Of a DNA stretch of 64,000 nt, positions 13,261-26,200 are shown one piece after another (positions within the stretch are counted from its first letter, which is position 1; each line of letters begins with the position of its first letter). The DNA lies in the NCBI GenBank assembly GCA_051294905.1, contig CM119371.1, forward strand, positions 8,248,001 to 8,312,000, in the 5' to 3' direction. A program made the position numbers and the translations under genes. The stretch comes from Botryllus schlosseri. Its lineage: Eukaryota. The notes under the pieces were generated by a model that was not told the origin of the DNA, ran no database searches, and saw only the letters and a list, made by a program, of their open reading frames with translations.

Positions 13261-14965
13261 CAGGGCATGGTATGGTATGGTATGGATCGATATTTTGGTA
13301 TGGAATATGGAAGAATGCAAGTATGGTATGGAATGGAAGATTTTAATCTATGGTATGGAACGACATTTCCATACTTCCATACTTTGGTATTTTATACATT
13401 TTATCGTCATCTGTGCAAGCTTCATGAATTGTACGTTGATCGCTGCTCACTCAATACAATCGCTTTTGTTATGTGTGAACGTGAACTATTGAAAGATGTA
13501 TAGGTACAAATACGCGCTTGTGCAACGGTTTTAGAGCACTTGAAATGACATGCTTTTGTGATATAATAATGACAACAGTAATGTTGATCTGATATTCTAT
13601 TGAGTCCAGGCACGAAGGCTCCGAGCATAGTCTATCATGTGACGCAATAATTGGCAATGTAGGCACCTCCAACTATATCTCACTCCTTGAGTGACGACAG
13701 CTCACAAGCAATCATGATGCAACGTACTAATTGTTCAATGCGATTGATAATTACATTCCTTCTGAAACATTGTCCGCTCCGCACATTTATACTATTTGCA
13801 TACCGAGATATCTTATTGGTCATATTTCAAACCACATGCTGTACTAATAATCACGCAGATCGCTGCAATATTGATCGCCTGTAGCTGGGATATTTTATGG
13901 GTGCACCTATATTATAAATTATTTTGCGAGTATTTACTTCAAACTTGCATGTGCATCATGCCAATGTAGCGGAAAGGCGATGATATTCTTATGGAGCAGG
14001 GGTGGGCAACCTCGTCAGTCGGTGGGCCGGATATAGGAAAATTAAGTACTTGTCAAGCCGGATTGCTGAATGGATACATTATTCGTGCATATATATACAT
14101 GATACAAGGAATAAATCGTATTTAATGAATGTATTTTATCGACAGCAATGTCGCTTCAAAACCATTTCTCGCCGATAATGATAATACCATGTGGATTTGA
14201 AAACAGCATTGTCATACAGGCGTAGTAGCCATGTTTGCTTCTCTCTGATCAACTAACTCACGGTGCAATCCTTAATTAAGATAATAAAGCGTTTCATAAG
14301 TCCGGTACCCAAAATTCGCCAAGATATATCAATTCATTAGGGTTAAGTACATCATAAATGCCGATAATGCAAGTCTTCTCGCTTCGACGAACTTACGCGT
14401 AAGCCCCACTCTCGCACTCTCGCACCTATATAATCACATACTCAGTTACTAAAATTTTACGTTTAAGCAAGTGGTGGGAAATCTCGGCTGACTGGGGCCG
14501 CGGGTCACATTATCATGTAAGACGGGAAACTGTCTGCGGGCCGGTCAAAAGCGGACAGAATCTCGTCGCGGGCCGTATGTTACCTGTCCCTTTTATGGAC
14601 GGTCCTAGATAACAATCTGCTGACCATCTGATTTTGCTCGCGGAAGCTATAGAGTAGACTTACACGGCACCACACTACCGTGGACTAAACCTCACCAAAA
14701 CAGACTCTGTAAAACTATTACCAGGAATTAGATTCGCATCATGGCTAGTTTAAGCAATATTGACATCCGAAATATCAATAATATAGGTGCTAGAAAAGAA
14801 GATATACTTACGATATTTTAGTATTTGAAAGTATGGAATATGTGTCAAGTATGGTATGGAACAATGTTGGTATGGTATGGAAAATTGCAAGTGTGGTATG
14901 GAGCGAGTAAGGCAAGTATGGAGTGTGGAAAATTCTCGTTCCATACCATACCATACCATGCCCTG
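13261..14965. mobile_element. hAT-type MITE with (TATGG)n arms, nesting level 3
   Basis: CAGGGCATGGTATGGTATGG...CCATACCATACCATGCCCTG; perfect TSD GTGTTGGC. Confidence 0.9.
13997..14592. mobile_element. hAT (Charlie-like) MITE, nesting level 4
   Basis: CAGGGGTGGGCAACC left end; degenerate right end after GCGGGCCG; TSD TTATGGAG/TTATGGAC. Confidence 0.7.
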
Positions 14966-15368
14966 GTGTTGGCGGCCGTCATTATGCAACCAATTGTTGC
15001 TGGTTCGAGTCTCGGCTCTACCATGTTTCTATGTGTCGTAGGTTTAGGCTCCTCGTCGCCAACCCCCTGTTAACGTCTTGAAAAGCCTAGAAGAAGAGTG
15101 AGCCGAGCTCCAAAATTATCAGCAGAGTCTTGAAAGTGAACGCACGTTAGCGGGAGAATGAAGAATGGAAGTGCGCGCGCAAGCGAAAGTCGTCCTCATT
15201 ACCCAGAGCAAAGACAGTAAACTTTAAGAAATGCACTGTCGTGGCGCACAAATTCTAAACAGGTGATTATCGCCACTGTCATTGATGTGTAATAAAAATA
15301 ATATTTATAACAATACAAACAATCCTGGTGGGAGGCAAAGAAATAACAACATGCAACTATGTGATTAA

Positions 15369-16576
15369 TAGGGCGATTTTTTTTTGACATGTCAAAAAAA
15401 GTCAAAATAAGGTCAAAATTTCAGCGTTAGGTCAAAAAAAGTCAAAATTGTTTACAAATACTAAATATTTTGAAACCTGCATTTCATTTGTATCGTAGAT
15501 TTTGCACAATCGGTGAACTTATCGTTTGACATTTCACAGCTTGTAGCCTACTTTATAGGCCTACCGTTGCAGACAGGGCATTGTCTGCTCATTGTGAATC
15601 ATAAACACTGTCAAATGAAACAAATAGGTTGACACGGTGTTACGCACAACGTACCGCAATATCCTAAGTGAAGCAAGACTGCATGGCTCTTTGCATCTTT
15701 ATGAAAATTGAGATGTACACCATTGTCAGAATGAAGCAACACGGTGTATCACCAGCAGTGTACGCTCGCACAACTTCAGTGTTGTCAGCCAACAGCTGCT
15801 ACAACTGAACGTCCTTTCTTCATTCTTGTTGTTGTTTGTATATTCATGGTGTTTGTCGACTACAATGGTCATTTACACCCGGCCAATATTCCTTATTTTC
15901 GATTCCGTATCCGCCGAGTAGGCTATCTGCCAACTTGTAGCACGGCTCACTTCTATGCTTTTTGTAAGACACCGCTTACACGGATGAAATGGCGAGGGGG
16001 AACCTAGATAAACCTTCAACACTTGGGTAGGAATTCTGGAGTCGACCTCGGTCGGACTATAGAACCCACTACCCATTGGTGTTGTAGCTGTGAATTATCC
16101 CACTATACGCTATCTCGCCACATCTCCATTCTTGGCAAGCTACCTAGTAAAGACAGACACTTTTTACCCGAGAATCAGTGATATCTAGAACTAGATATCT
16201 AGATATACCGCCGAGAATGTGAAAAAGTATCTTTCGTTGTACTACAACAAATTTTACTTATTTTCACCATAGTACGTCATGTACTGGAATTCATCATAGG
16301 GCCTGATTTTGTTAAAACAATATTTTGTCATGGAAAAATTTGTCAGTTTTTGAGTCAAAAAAGTTTTTTCAGGGAAAACTACTTCGTAAGGACAGACAGT
16401 TCAAACCAGAAATGAGGATAAGTAGTACAATTCTAACATTTTTTGGGAAAACACCTAATTTGCATACGTTAGGTCAAAATTTGGTCAAAATTTAGTTTTT
16501 TAAGGTCAAAAAATGTCAAAATTTAGATTTTTTAGGTCAAAATCTTTCATTTTTTAGTTCAAAAAAAATCGCCCTA
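15369..16576. mobile_element. hAT-type element (TAGGGCG family), copy 2, inverted relative to 37-906
   Basis: TAGGGCGATTTTTTT...AAAAAAAATCGCCCTA; perfect TSD GTGATTAA. Confidence 0.9.
15829..16122 (-). mobile_element. tRNA-derived SINE inserted in the 15369-16576 element
   Basis: Absent from copy 37-906; minus-strand head GGCGAGATAGCGTATAGTGG (A-box-like), (ACA)n tail, flanking duplication TCT(T/C)CATTCTTG (11/12). Confidence 0.6.
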
Positions 16577-17229
16577 GTGATTAATAAGAACCGGGAGAGG
16601 CATCATCATTAATATTGTACCAAATATTTTCGAAGACACCCTCCATCAGCTCTACGGGCTAATCTGATCACGTGAGCTGAGAATAAATAAATTTTTGACA
16701 ATAATACGTGAAACTACCAACAATTTCGATGAAATCCATTCAAGGGGCAAAATTTTCGCGCTCCGCGCGATTACACACATACTTCTAGTGTCTTTTCTTG
16801 ACATTTATACTCGCGATTTTGGTACATATATTATATAAGTAAGCGTGCTGGGATGTTTTGCTTCTACATTAAGAAAATTTGCGCATTGCATATCTCAAGA
16901 AATAAGTGAAGGCACAGAACACCACAAGGACTCTCCGCGGTGTTAAGTTCCCAGTATCAAATTTCATATGAGTATTTGTCGTCCATGCGCCATGGCGACT
17001 CCCCACTGGAAATCGGACGTATTGTATATGTAATCAAAATGCGGCTTTCTGCGTTATCGGTGTATTATACGGTCAGGGGTGTACGAAAGGGTGTACCACG
17101 ACGAAAAAGGTTGAAGAGCACTGATCTAGCATATCCACGGCGTGTCCTAATCTTGAAAAGTGGACTCTGATTTTTTTTAGTTTTAGACCTGTTTTAGCAT
17201 ATCACCTTTGAAACTTTCCGGACTATAGG

Positions 17230-17739
17230 CAGGGTTGTAACCAAGGCACAAGGTTCCGAGTCACAAGTAAATCTCACTTTTATAGTTTTGACTCGAGTCA
17301 AGTCGAGTAATTTCAATTCAGTACCGAGTCAAATTCGAGTCCAAGTCATGGAGTAGAGTGTCGAGTCCAAGTGTTTTGACTCGAGTCCGAGTCCAAGTCA
17401 TTGTGTTGACTGCTCGGTTTCCAGTTTAAGTCTTGTTAAACCCACTTTTTATTACTCTGTTTGGTGATACCGAATGGTTCGCATTTACAATATGCTAATT
17501 TTCCTCACTTATAACTTTCGTATTCTTCGAAATTACAATGAATTGCCTGTCTTGGTAGACCCAGTCTCGAGTAATGTGACTTGGTCCGAGACCCGGACTC
17601 AGAGTCATGCGCAATGACTCAAGTACAAGTCGAGTCAATACACAAATTGACTCGAGTCGAGTCATTTTTCAATTTCAAGAAAATGACTCGAGTCAAGTCG
17701 AGTAATCAAAAAATCTTGACTCGAGTCATTACAACCCTG
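17230..17739. mobile_element. MITE with GACTCGAGTC subterminal repeats
   Basis: CAGGGTTGTAA...TTACAACCCTG; TSD ACTATAGG/ACTAAAGG; related fragments at ~45420-45630 and ~60710-60786. Confidence 0.85.
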
Positions 17740-18220
17740 ACTAAAGGCATGAAATAGGCTACAAGTTCCACTTTTAGAAGTAGTATTTACATTTTACTTT
17801 TAATTCCCAGTATCACATATTTTGAGTTATAATTTATATCAGTTCTTTGCCTGGAGAACATACATTTTGAAGTAAAAAAGCAAGTGTAGTAATGCCTTTG
17901 ATTTCTGGAAAAGATATCGAAAATTGGATACCTGCTGGTATGCATCAATATGAATCAAGCTTGTCACCTTTCGCATAGCTCACTTTGTACTTTTTTACAA
18001 TCCATGTGAACGAATTAGGATTATTTTCACAACTACTTACTTACTTGAGTACTTTTTAAGTCAGTCAATTCTACTTCTACTTCAAGTAGTTTTAGGTTGC
18101 TTATGGAAGAAGTACTTCTACTTTTACTTGAGTAGATTTTTTTCGTCGCTACTTCTACTTGAGTAGCTTTCACGACTACTTTGACCACCTCTGATTAATA
18201 GTAATAATTTCTCACCGCAG

Positions 18221-18416
18221 ATCGAATATATCAGATGCATATTCGAAGAAGGATGTCGTCCTTCATTCTATGAGATTTCGTCTCTCGTCGACAACTCAAA
18301 TTTGAAGAAAGTTACATTGATATATCACGAAGAAGATGATATGCTGAAAGGAAACGAATTGAAGAAAGTCCTGAAAAGTGCAAATAATATCGATACTGAG
18401 TTGGAAGTTTTAGAAT
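18221..18416 (+). CDS. Internal exon (IEYIRCIFEEGCRPSFYEISSLVDNSNLKKVTLIYHEE...DTELEVLE)
   Basis: ctcaccgcag acceptor, T|gtgagt donor, 196 bp open, phase 0/1. Confidence 0.75.
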
Positions 18417-19752
18417 GTGAGTCATTGTTTGGATGCATCGTATCTTAGATCCGTTTTATTGGGTATATTACATGATCGCGATCACTTTGAATGAAATGGT
18501 CAATTCATGGAACAGGTCCAATCCGTTACTAACGCTAGAAATCATGAGGCTTCAGTTTCATGCATGACATAGTGTCGTTATCAGGGTCATGCATTCATGA
18601 ATTTTAGTTTAATTCGATATCCCATACTTAGTACGAATAATTGTTGTAGGAAATTCAGGCATGATCTCTCACACGTTGCTGATTGTGAGCTTGTATATCA
18701 ATTTCGAAGCAAGGCATTGTTAAAGTGCGTCAAAATCTACTTTTACTTGACAAGTATTCAAAAATTAGTATTCACCACAAAAAAATTGTTGACGTAGAGG
18801 TAGTATACGAACAAAACTACTTGAGTAAGCGAAACAAGTATATAATAATAAGAACTACAAAAAAGCACAACTACTTCGCTGCCGATAGTAATTTACCATT
18901 ATGGGCGTGGTAAAGATTTATAGAGCTTGATAAGGGGACGATGAGTCAAAGAAACTTGTAAACCAATTTCATATACTTATATAACTATGGAACAAAATTT
19001 TATACTTCATGCAGCTTATTTACGACATCTGGTGACCACGCGGACTCTGATCGGTTCTGAGAGTTTCTAACACGAGTTCATGAATGATTAGAGGTAGTCA
19101 AAGTAGTCAGAGTTAAGACTCATGTAGAACGATAAATGACGCCGTAAGCTGCTGCTGATATACAAGTAGAAGATGCAATTTCCAAGAAATCACAAATTCA
19201 CTTGAGGTGGAAGTAGAAAATGTATTAGTCTGAAATGTAGTGGAATAAGTAGTTTCAAAAAGTAGATTTGGTCGAAGGGCCGCATACTTTTAGCAGTTTA
19301 TAGGATATATCTACTTTCGAAATTCGAAGATATGTCTTCGCGGCTAATGCAAAATGACTAATGACACTGCAATTGAGTGGAATCTTTGAAAATATGTTCA
19401 TGAAGTCACCTTGATTAATGGGCTATTTAAGGCGGCTCCTATAAGAATTTCACTGAAAACGATGTCGAATACGCAGCTAGGAACAACTTGATACTTTTCA
19501 AAATCAATATTGTATAAAGTAAGTAGTTTTGACAAACAACTGTGACAAGAAGTAGAAACAGAAGTAGTCTAAAATGACAACCCCTTGATTAAGCGATGAA
19601 AGTAGACAGCACTAATTGAGTAGTCTGATAAAGTAGATTTACTTCGTTACTGACCACCTCTATGCAGGGTTCGTGGTTTTATGTCATACAGCATCCCACT
19701 TTTCATATTGGCGTTGATACGAATCATTGCATCATTCATATGCATTGTGCAT

Positions 19753-20132
19753 TAGGGTTGTTCAAAAAAACTTTTTTTTCCAAATCTCACTCGCTTAGTG
19801 ACTACATCGTCAGGATGTCTAAAAAACGATGCACACAAAATTTGACTCAATTCCAACCAGTAAAGGCCGTGCAATCTTAAATTGAAATTTTAATTTAATA
19901 ATAAAATTTAAAAACAGTTTTTTCAAATTTTTCTGTCAACCCCATGAAATTGTTGAGCTGTCTTCAAAGACTATGCAAAACAAATTTGAGTCAATTCCGA
20001 CTAGTAGAAGCGGAATTATTTGAGTTTATCGTTGATAATCCCCAGATCAAGGATAATCCGAGAATTATCAACGAAAAACTCGACTCACTAAGCTAGCGAG
20101 ATTTGGAAAAAAAGGTTTTTTGAACCACCCTA
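19753..20132. mobile_element. Complete TAGGG(C/T)TGTTCAAAA MITE
   Basis: TAGGGTTGTTCAAAAAA...TTTTTTGAACCACCCTA; ATTGTGCAT repeated on both flanks. Confidence 0.75.
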
Positions 20133-20849
20133 TATTGTGCATTCTTTTAGGTAGAACTGAATTATAATCAACTACGGGTGGAGGCCAAAAAGCTGAGTAA
20201 AAACATCCTGGATTTTCGCTTAATCTGCGAGTTCCAAGATCTCCTGATTTAGAAGTAGATGATCCGCACGCCAAAACATTGGATGTTCGTAGGAAGTTAG
20301 TAGATCTACAAATCCAGGATGTAGGACGCTATTGCGTCAAAATGACGCAAAATGTAGTGATCCGTGGAAGGTTGCAATGTCAACCCATCGACTTTGTGGT
20401 ACATATTGCTTTGGCAATGCTGATTAGAAATGTCATCGATGTTGGTCATGTGCTATCCTATGAATGCCGTCGTTTGCTAGATAGACTCATGAAATTGCTT
20501 TGAAGTCACTTTTATTCACAGTTATAAGTTCTAAAGACGGCATTTCAAACTGGTACTGTTGTTATTACTGTCTGCAATATGGATATTTTGGACATCGTAG
20601 ATGGCAGTTCGGACGACGAGAATACATTTGTTATGCCCAGGCATTACTTGGCAGACATATCAGACTCAATTGTAAAATACCCAGAAAATGAATTCGTTGA
20701 CCGCTACAGATTTTCCAAGGGAGCTACGGTAATTCTATTGGACATGATTAAAGACAGCCCATGGTTGGATGTACGGTGCCAAGCTTTGCACCCCACGATG
20801 CAATTACTATGTGCTCTCCGATTTTTTTGCTACGGTGAAGAAGTGAAGA

Positions 20850-21686
20850 AGAAGTGAAGAAATACCAATTGCAAATCAACTGATCTTTTAGTTTAGTACG
20901 TTTGGACGATTCTATATTTTTTGATATAGCAGACAGGAGGTCACAAAATAACATCATGTGACGAAGTCATACCAATGAGTCCGCCCGTCAGAAGATGTTT
21001 AATTATTATTTACGGGCTCTACAGTTTCAAAGACACCTCACTCAGCTATACCGGTAAATCTGATTACGGAGTAGAGAGGACAAGAAATTGATAGCAATAT
21101 ATATGCAATTCCCGATCTTATTGACCGATTTGATCATGAATTATCACAGATTTTCGCGCGTAGCGCTGGCTAACTGAACAGTAGCCTACAACTGCAATTT
21201 CGTGGCAAAAGCGAATAACATGATGGGGGGGGGGTCGGTTTACACCCTATGGAAGCCCAAGACTCAAGTATTTTGGGGGGCCTGACGAATTGCTGTATCG
21301 TTCTTGCCGACGGGTATACACCCGGAGTTGTTCAATTATTATTGAGAGGTCCTACCTTTTCAAGCACACCTTACTCAGCTCTACCGGTAAATCAGATTAC
21401 GGGAGCAGAGAGAGGATAAAAATTGATAGCAATATATAAGCAATACCGATCATATTGACCGATTCGGTCATGAATTATAGAAATTTCTCGCGCTTCGCGC
21501 GGCTAGGCAACAAAGCTGACTCACTAAACGGACACCCAATGAAGAAACGGCGTATTCTCAATGTAAACAGCGTATAGTCAGAGGAGGGTCAGGGGGGTGA
21601 AACCCCCAGAAGTTCGGTTTACCACCATATGGGGGGCCAAGACCAACATTTGGGGGCTGGGCTGACGAAGTGCTGTTACGGCCCTG
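20850..21686. mobile_element. Repeat (CAGGGCCGTAACAGCAC terminus) interrupting the transposase
   Basis: Ends GACGAAGTGCTGTTACGGCCCTG; internally duplicated; clear homologue at ~37110-37848 and another module to ~38197. Confidence 0.7.
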
Positions 21687-23716
21687 GCATTGATGGTACC
21701 TATATTCAAATAAAGTCCCCAGGTGGCTCTGTACCAGAAAAGTTTATCGTTGCAGGAAAGGATATTTTTTCTTTGAACTGTCAAATGGACTGCAATGCCA
21801 AGAGAATACCGGCAGTGACTAATGCTGTTGTGAGATGGCTAGGTAGTAGGCTACGCATGACTCAAGAACTTTTTCAAAATCCAGATTAAAATACGAGCTC
21901 GGCCAGAAAAATGAAATGGGATTTTGCTGGGAGACAGAGGCTATGCTCTAAAAATGTACCTGATGACTCCATCAACAAATCCACAGGCTTCAAAAAAATA
22001 CAGCTATATGCACTCAAAGACACGCGTGCTGAGCAATGCTTTGAGCAATGCTTTGACGTTCTCAAACAGCGTTTCCAGATGTTGCTAAATCATATGCGAA
22101 TGCAAATCGAAAACACCATCCCGGCAATCATTGCGACAGTACACTGTAAATAAAATCCTCGATTTACCGCGAAATGTTTGGAAGCACGGTAGCCAGACAT
22201 TTCGTGGTAATTTAACATTACCGTTAGTCAATGTAAATTTAACTTACACTCGTCCGGCAATCTCACTTTACACGCCCGACTGTAATGTTACAGTCACCCC
22301 AGTATATCCAATCTACATTGTACGTACACTGTATATTTGCCACTCAGACTGTAATTTTACCGCCTACCTACATACATGCTGTCTGTGTAAATCAGGATTA
22401 CATACCAGCTTGTAAATTCACGTACATTCCATACCTATCGCAAAGCAACCCGATGCTAAAATATCGCAAAAGCTTCTCCACACCCCCAAACGACATTGGT
22501 ACAAACTGAATATTCATTCATGATTCACGATGAGAAGATTATCGATGGAAAAGTATTGCTGCTGGAGGTCTAATTTTTCTTTAGGAGACATGCAGTAACA
22601 CGAGTGGTCTCCCACCATCGGCCAAACTTCCAATTGTTTCTTTTTCTCGTCCTCATTCCTTCTGTGTAGCTAGTATCTTGCAGTTCCACTAAAAAGAATA
22701 CATGCGTAAATCGCTATATTAAGCAAAGTTCCTATCTTAGACATGACATTATAAAGACTACTAAGACAAATAGGGTAACAAAATATACCATTTTTTGAAG
22801 TACCGGTACTGGTACATTGTGTGGTGACAGCTCCGCCTTTTACATGATATAGCAGAGATTCATGATTTACTTTATCAAATGCAACAGGCAAGTTATATAA
22901 ATCATATTGCATCTTCGTGTGGGCCAATTATTATTAGTCATGCACTTTATTGCATGCTGTTATTTCTTGACCCCCGATCAGAATTGTCCATCGTATCGGT
23001 AGTGGAAATATATTGAAATCGCCCAAATGTACCAGAAAAAAATTTCTTTCGTGAGGAGCACACGATTCTGATTCCTGCTCAGATTTAGAAGGGCGCTACT
23101 ATATTAGAATCGAAAAATTAAGTTATGTTGCGTGGAGCGTGAAGAAAATTTCGGGAATAAATAAAAATTTAAAAAAAATTGGGAGTGAATTAGTAATTTC
23201 AATTTGCATGTCGACGGATGCTAACACATACTAATTGAATTAGGTGTTGACAGCCGCACAAATTTCCATTCACGGCAGTAGGTGCCCATCTCAGATCTAA
23301 TAGTATACGTATGGTATGTCTTACGCCAAGTTTGAATACGTATTCCAGTCTTTAAGATTTTTGACAAATTTCCCCAAACTTGTTTGAAAATAGCAAAAAA
23401 AACATTGTACTGGACATCAATTTGCTTCAAGGTGGGTTGCACTGAGACTAATCCTAATGCTGGTAGTGACTACAGAGAACAAGGAGTCGTTCTGTACTAC
23501 CATGCCCAATTTGATCAGTTTTGGAATTGAATTAAATTGTGTTGATATAGGGTAGCTTAATTGAGTGTGAAACAGAGCAACCTATATTGCATCCAAGTTT
23601 GTCTTACGCAGTGCAGTTCGCCAGCTATTAACAACAGCTACCCAGCGCAACGAGCTTTAGGCTACTGCCAAAGCTATGAAGTAATGAATGACTTACACGT
23701 GGGAATTCCTCTAAAT

Positions 23717-24109
23717 CAGTGGTTCCCAACGTGGGCGATATCGCCCCCCAGGGGGCGATTTGGCGATCTAGGGGGGCGAAAATGACAAAGGGGGCGATAG
23801 GGGGGCGAAAATGGACAAAGGGGGCGATGGGGGGCGAAAATAGCGAAGGGGGCGATAGGGGGGCGATGACGCGTCAAAACGGCTGACCTTTTTTTTTTTA
23901 GTCATCCACCTAGCAATTTGGAGAGAAAAAACGTTATTTTCAGCTCTGAGCGCAGAAAGATGACCTTTTTTTTTTTTTTTTTTTTTTTAGTCAACCCGCC
24001 GGTGATTACAGTCTGTATGCCCAATTATCGGTGCACAAAATTTGGGGGGCGATGATCGGTGTTGACCTTGAAAAGGGGGCGATCGGTCGAAAAAGGTTGG
24101 GAACCACTG
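23717..24109. mobile_element. hAT MITE with GGGGGCG repeats
   Basis: CAGTGGTTCCCAAC...GTTGGGAACCACTG; perfect TSD CTCTAAAT; inverted homologue at 36441-36760. Confidence 0.92.
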
Positions 24110-24656
24110 CTCTAAATCTTCAACAAATATCAAAAATTTGCTTGAATGAAGTTGAACGCGACGACTGCTGGAGTTAGAATTTGGCGAGCTTTCTTGAATA
24201 CGAAATAAGTTTCATCTTCAACAATCGTCTTCTGAAAATGGTAGCGAAACACATGTTTAGTCAGAATTCATACAGACTTAGTCAATTTGTCGCGTTCCCC
24301 AGATTGAGAACCACTGATATTATGTATTGAAGCAAAAGGTTCCTCATTTGAGGTGGCATGTGTGCCAAACAAATCCAGCAGTGGATGGAAATATCTCTAT
24401 TCTATGCTATGGCCCAAAAATGACATAAACATGCCAACAGTTTTAACTACTCCGCGGCAGAGTATGTGGTGTCACAGGTCAGTATATAGGTCGACTAACA
24501 TCCCTAAATAGAACAGAGAATGCGGCGATGAAGTATTTCAATCATGAAATCAAAGTCATCCCGGTGGTGTGCACAGTCGTAGATATTCACGGTAACGAAT
24601 ACTATGTAGTACTGTACCTTTTACGATGCGTATCCCAATCAGCATTCCTAGGAATC

Positions 24657-25646
24657 GGCACTTTTTCGATGGCAGTCAGAGATCGAAAAGTGTTCACCAT
24701 GATCACCAATGAATGTTTTCCATGAACACGAATAAAAATTTATAAACGTCAAAATACATTGTTTTTGCGTTTGGAGTGGGTTAGGGTAAAAGTTAGGTTT
24801 TGGGTATCCCAAGATTAGAGTTGGAGTATTAGGGTTGGGGAGGGGGATATTAGGGTTGTGAGAGGGGGGAAATTAGGGTTGGGGGAGGGGAATATTAGGG
24901 TTGTGCGAGGGATGAAATTAGGGTTTGATAAGGGCGGATATTAGGCTTGGGGGAGGGAGGATATTAGGGTAGGGAGGGGGAGGTTAGGGTTGTGAGAGGG
25001 GGAAAATTAGGGTTGGGGTTAGTGGGATATTAGGGTTGGGGTCAGGGGTATATTAGGGAGGATATTAGGGTTGGGGAGGGGGATATTAGGGTTGTGAGAG
25101 GGGGGAAATTAGGGTTGGGGTTAGGGGGATATTTGGGTTGGGGTTAGTAGGATAATAGGGTTGGGGTTAGGGGGATATTAGGGTTGCAGGAGGGAGGATA
25201 TTAGGGTTAGGGTTGGGGAGGAGGATTTTAGGGTTGGGAGAGGGAGAGGTTAGGGTTGTCAGAGGGGGAAAATTAGGGTTGGGTTAGGGGGAAATTAGGG
25301 TTGGGGAGAGGAATATAAGGGTTGGGGTTAGGAGGATATTAGGGTTTCGGGAGGGAGGATATGAGGGTAGGGGGTTTAGGTTAAAATTTGGGGTTAGATT
25401 ACCCCTAACCGGGGTTTAACCAATCTCCCTTTCCCCCAACCCTAATCTTGGGATCCTTATACCCAACTTTGACCCTAACCCACTTCCGATCTCCCTTTCC
25501 CCCACCCTAATATCCGTCTCTCCAAAGGCACAAAAAAAAACAAATTTATTTTGACGTTTATAAATTTTTATTCATGTTCATGCAAAACATTCATTGGTGA
25601 TCATGGTGAACACTTTTCGATCTCTGACTGCCATCGAAGAAGTGCC
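24657..25646. mobile_element. Foldback/Mutator-like element with ~115-bp TIRs and a telomere-like (TTAGGG-based) internal array
   Basis: GGCACTTTTTCGATGG...CCATCGAAGAAGTGCC near-perfect long TIRs; perfect TSD TAGGAATC; about 25-30 units of (A)TTAGGGTTG(G)n, then an inverted CCCTAA arm. Confidence 0.9.
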
Positions 25647-26200
25647 TAGGAATCTTCAACGTTCGTGTCCACTTTCTTCAAGCCAACAAGCTTCGCTTCA
25701 CCCTTTGCTCAGACCTCAATAATGGCCAGACGACGATACGACGACACTCTAACGATTTCGAAATAAGTGGTATTCATCCGCTGACATGCGACCAATAATA
25801 TTTACTGGCCACTGAGTTATAATGGTTGATTTACGTCGTTTTTTTCATACAGAAACATTTATCATTATATCTAGTTCCTTTCTTTGTCATCTAATTGCGT
25901 ATAAATTGATATTTATTCCATGTGTTGTCACTACTAACCGTACTTACTTAACCAGACGCTGCTTGTGATGTCACAATTGTGCATTGGTTGTTTACTACAA
26001 ATCTCAGAAAAAGCAGTAACGCGTAACGGTAACCTATTACAGGTCGCCTTGTTCGCCATCAACGAATGGTCAACTTAGCATGCGGCGCTGATATTTCTAG
26101 TTTCCTGAACAATATTATACATCCTAAACTGATATTCTAACTCATCAGTCCTATAGTGACAGCGAATGTAACCAGCGAGACCGGCCGTATAGGCATAGCC

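Larger units (their letters stand above)
12470..17123. mobile_element. hAT MITE (CAGTGCTCTTCAACC family), nesting level 2
   Basis: CAGTGCTCTTCAACC...GGTTGAAGAGCACTG; perfect TSD ATCTAGCA; GGGTGTAC repeats; inverted homologue at 51002-52253. Confidence 0.9.
11996..18193. mobile_element. hAT-type element (CAGAGGTGGTC family, TACTT/AAGTA-rich arms) expanded to 6.2 kb by nested insertions
   Basis: CAGAGGTGGTC...GACCACCTCTG TIRs; perfect TSD ATTAATAG (11988-11995, 18194-18201); family fragments also at ~6650-8820, 9437-9690, 19090-19662, 39120-39237. Confidence 0.85.
22650..25800 (-). pseudogene. Highly decayed non-LTR retrotransposon (LINE) ORF2 remnant
   Basis: AFDKVNHESLL (RT AFDxVxHxxLL motif), IAIYA (eroded YADD region) and EWK upstream; boundaries vague. 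Confidence 0.4.

Noticed and set aside
13253..15073. ORFs with repeated YGME/WYG peptides
   Set aside because: Translations of (TATGG)n MITE arms
13245..15080. tRNA-SINE split by the 13261 element (B-box-like GGTTCGAGTC at 15002)
   Set aside because: Plausible but supported only by two short motifs
18597..18913. ORFs 18597..18797 and 18725..18913 as the next host exon
   Set aside because: The first acceptor gives an immediate stop in phase 1 and the distal part is TACTT/AAGTA repeat sequence; a short terminal exon from the second AG cannot be excluded
24778..25510. True telomere or chromosome-fusion site
   Set aside because: The array is enclosed by long TIRs and an 8-bp TSD, so it is transposon-internal
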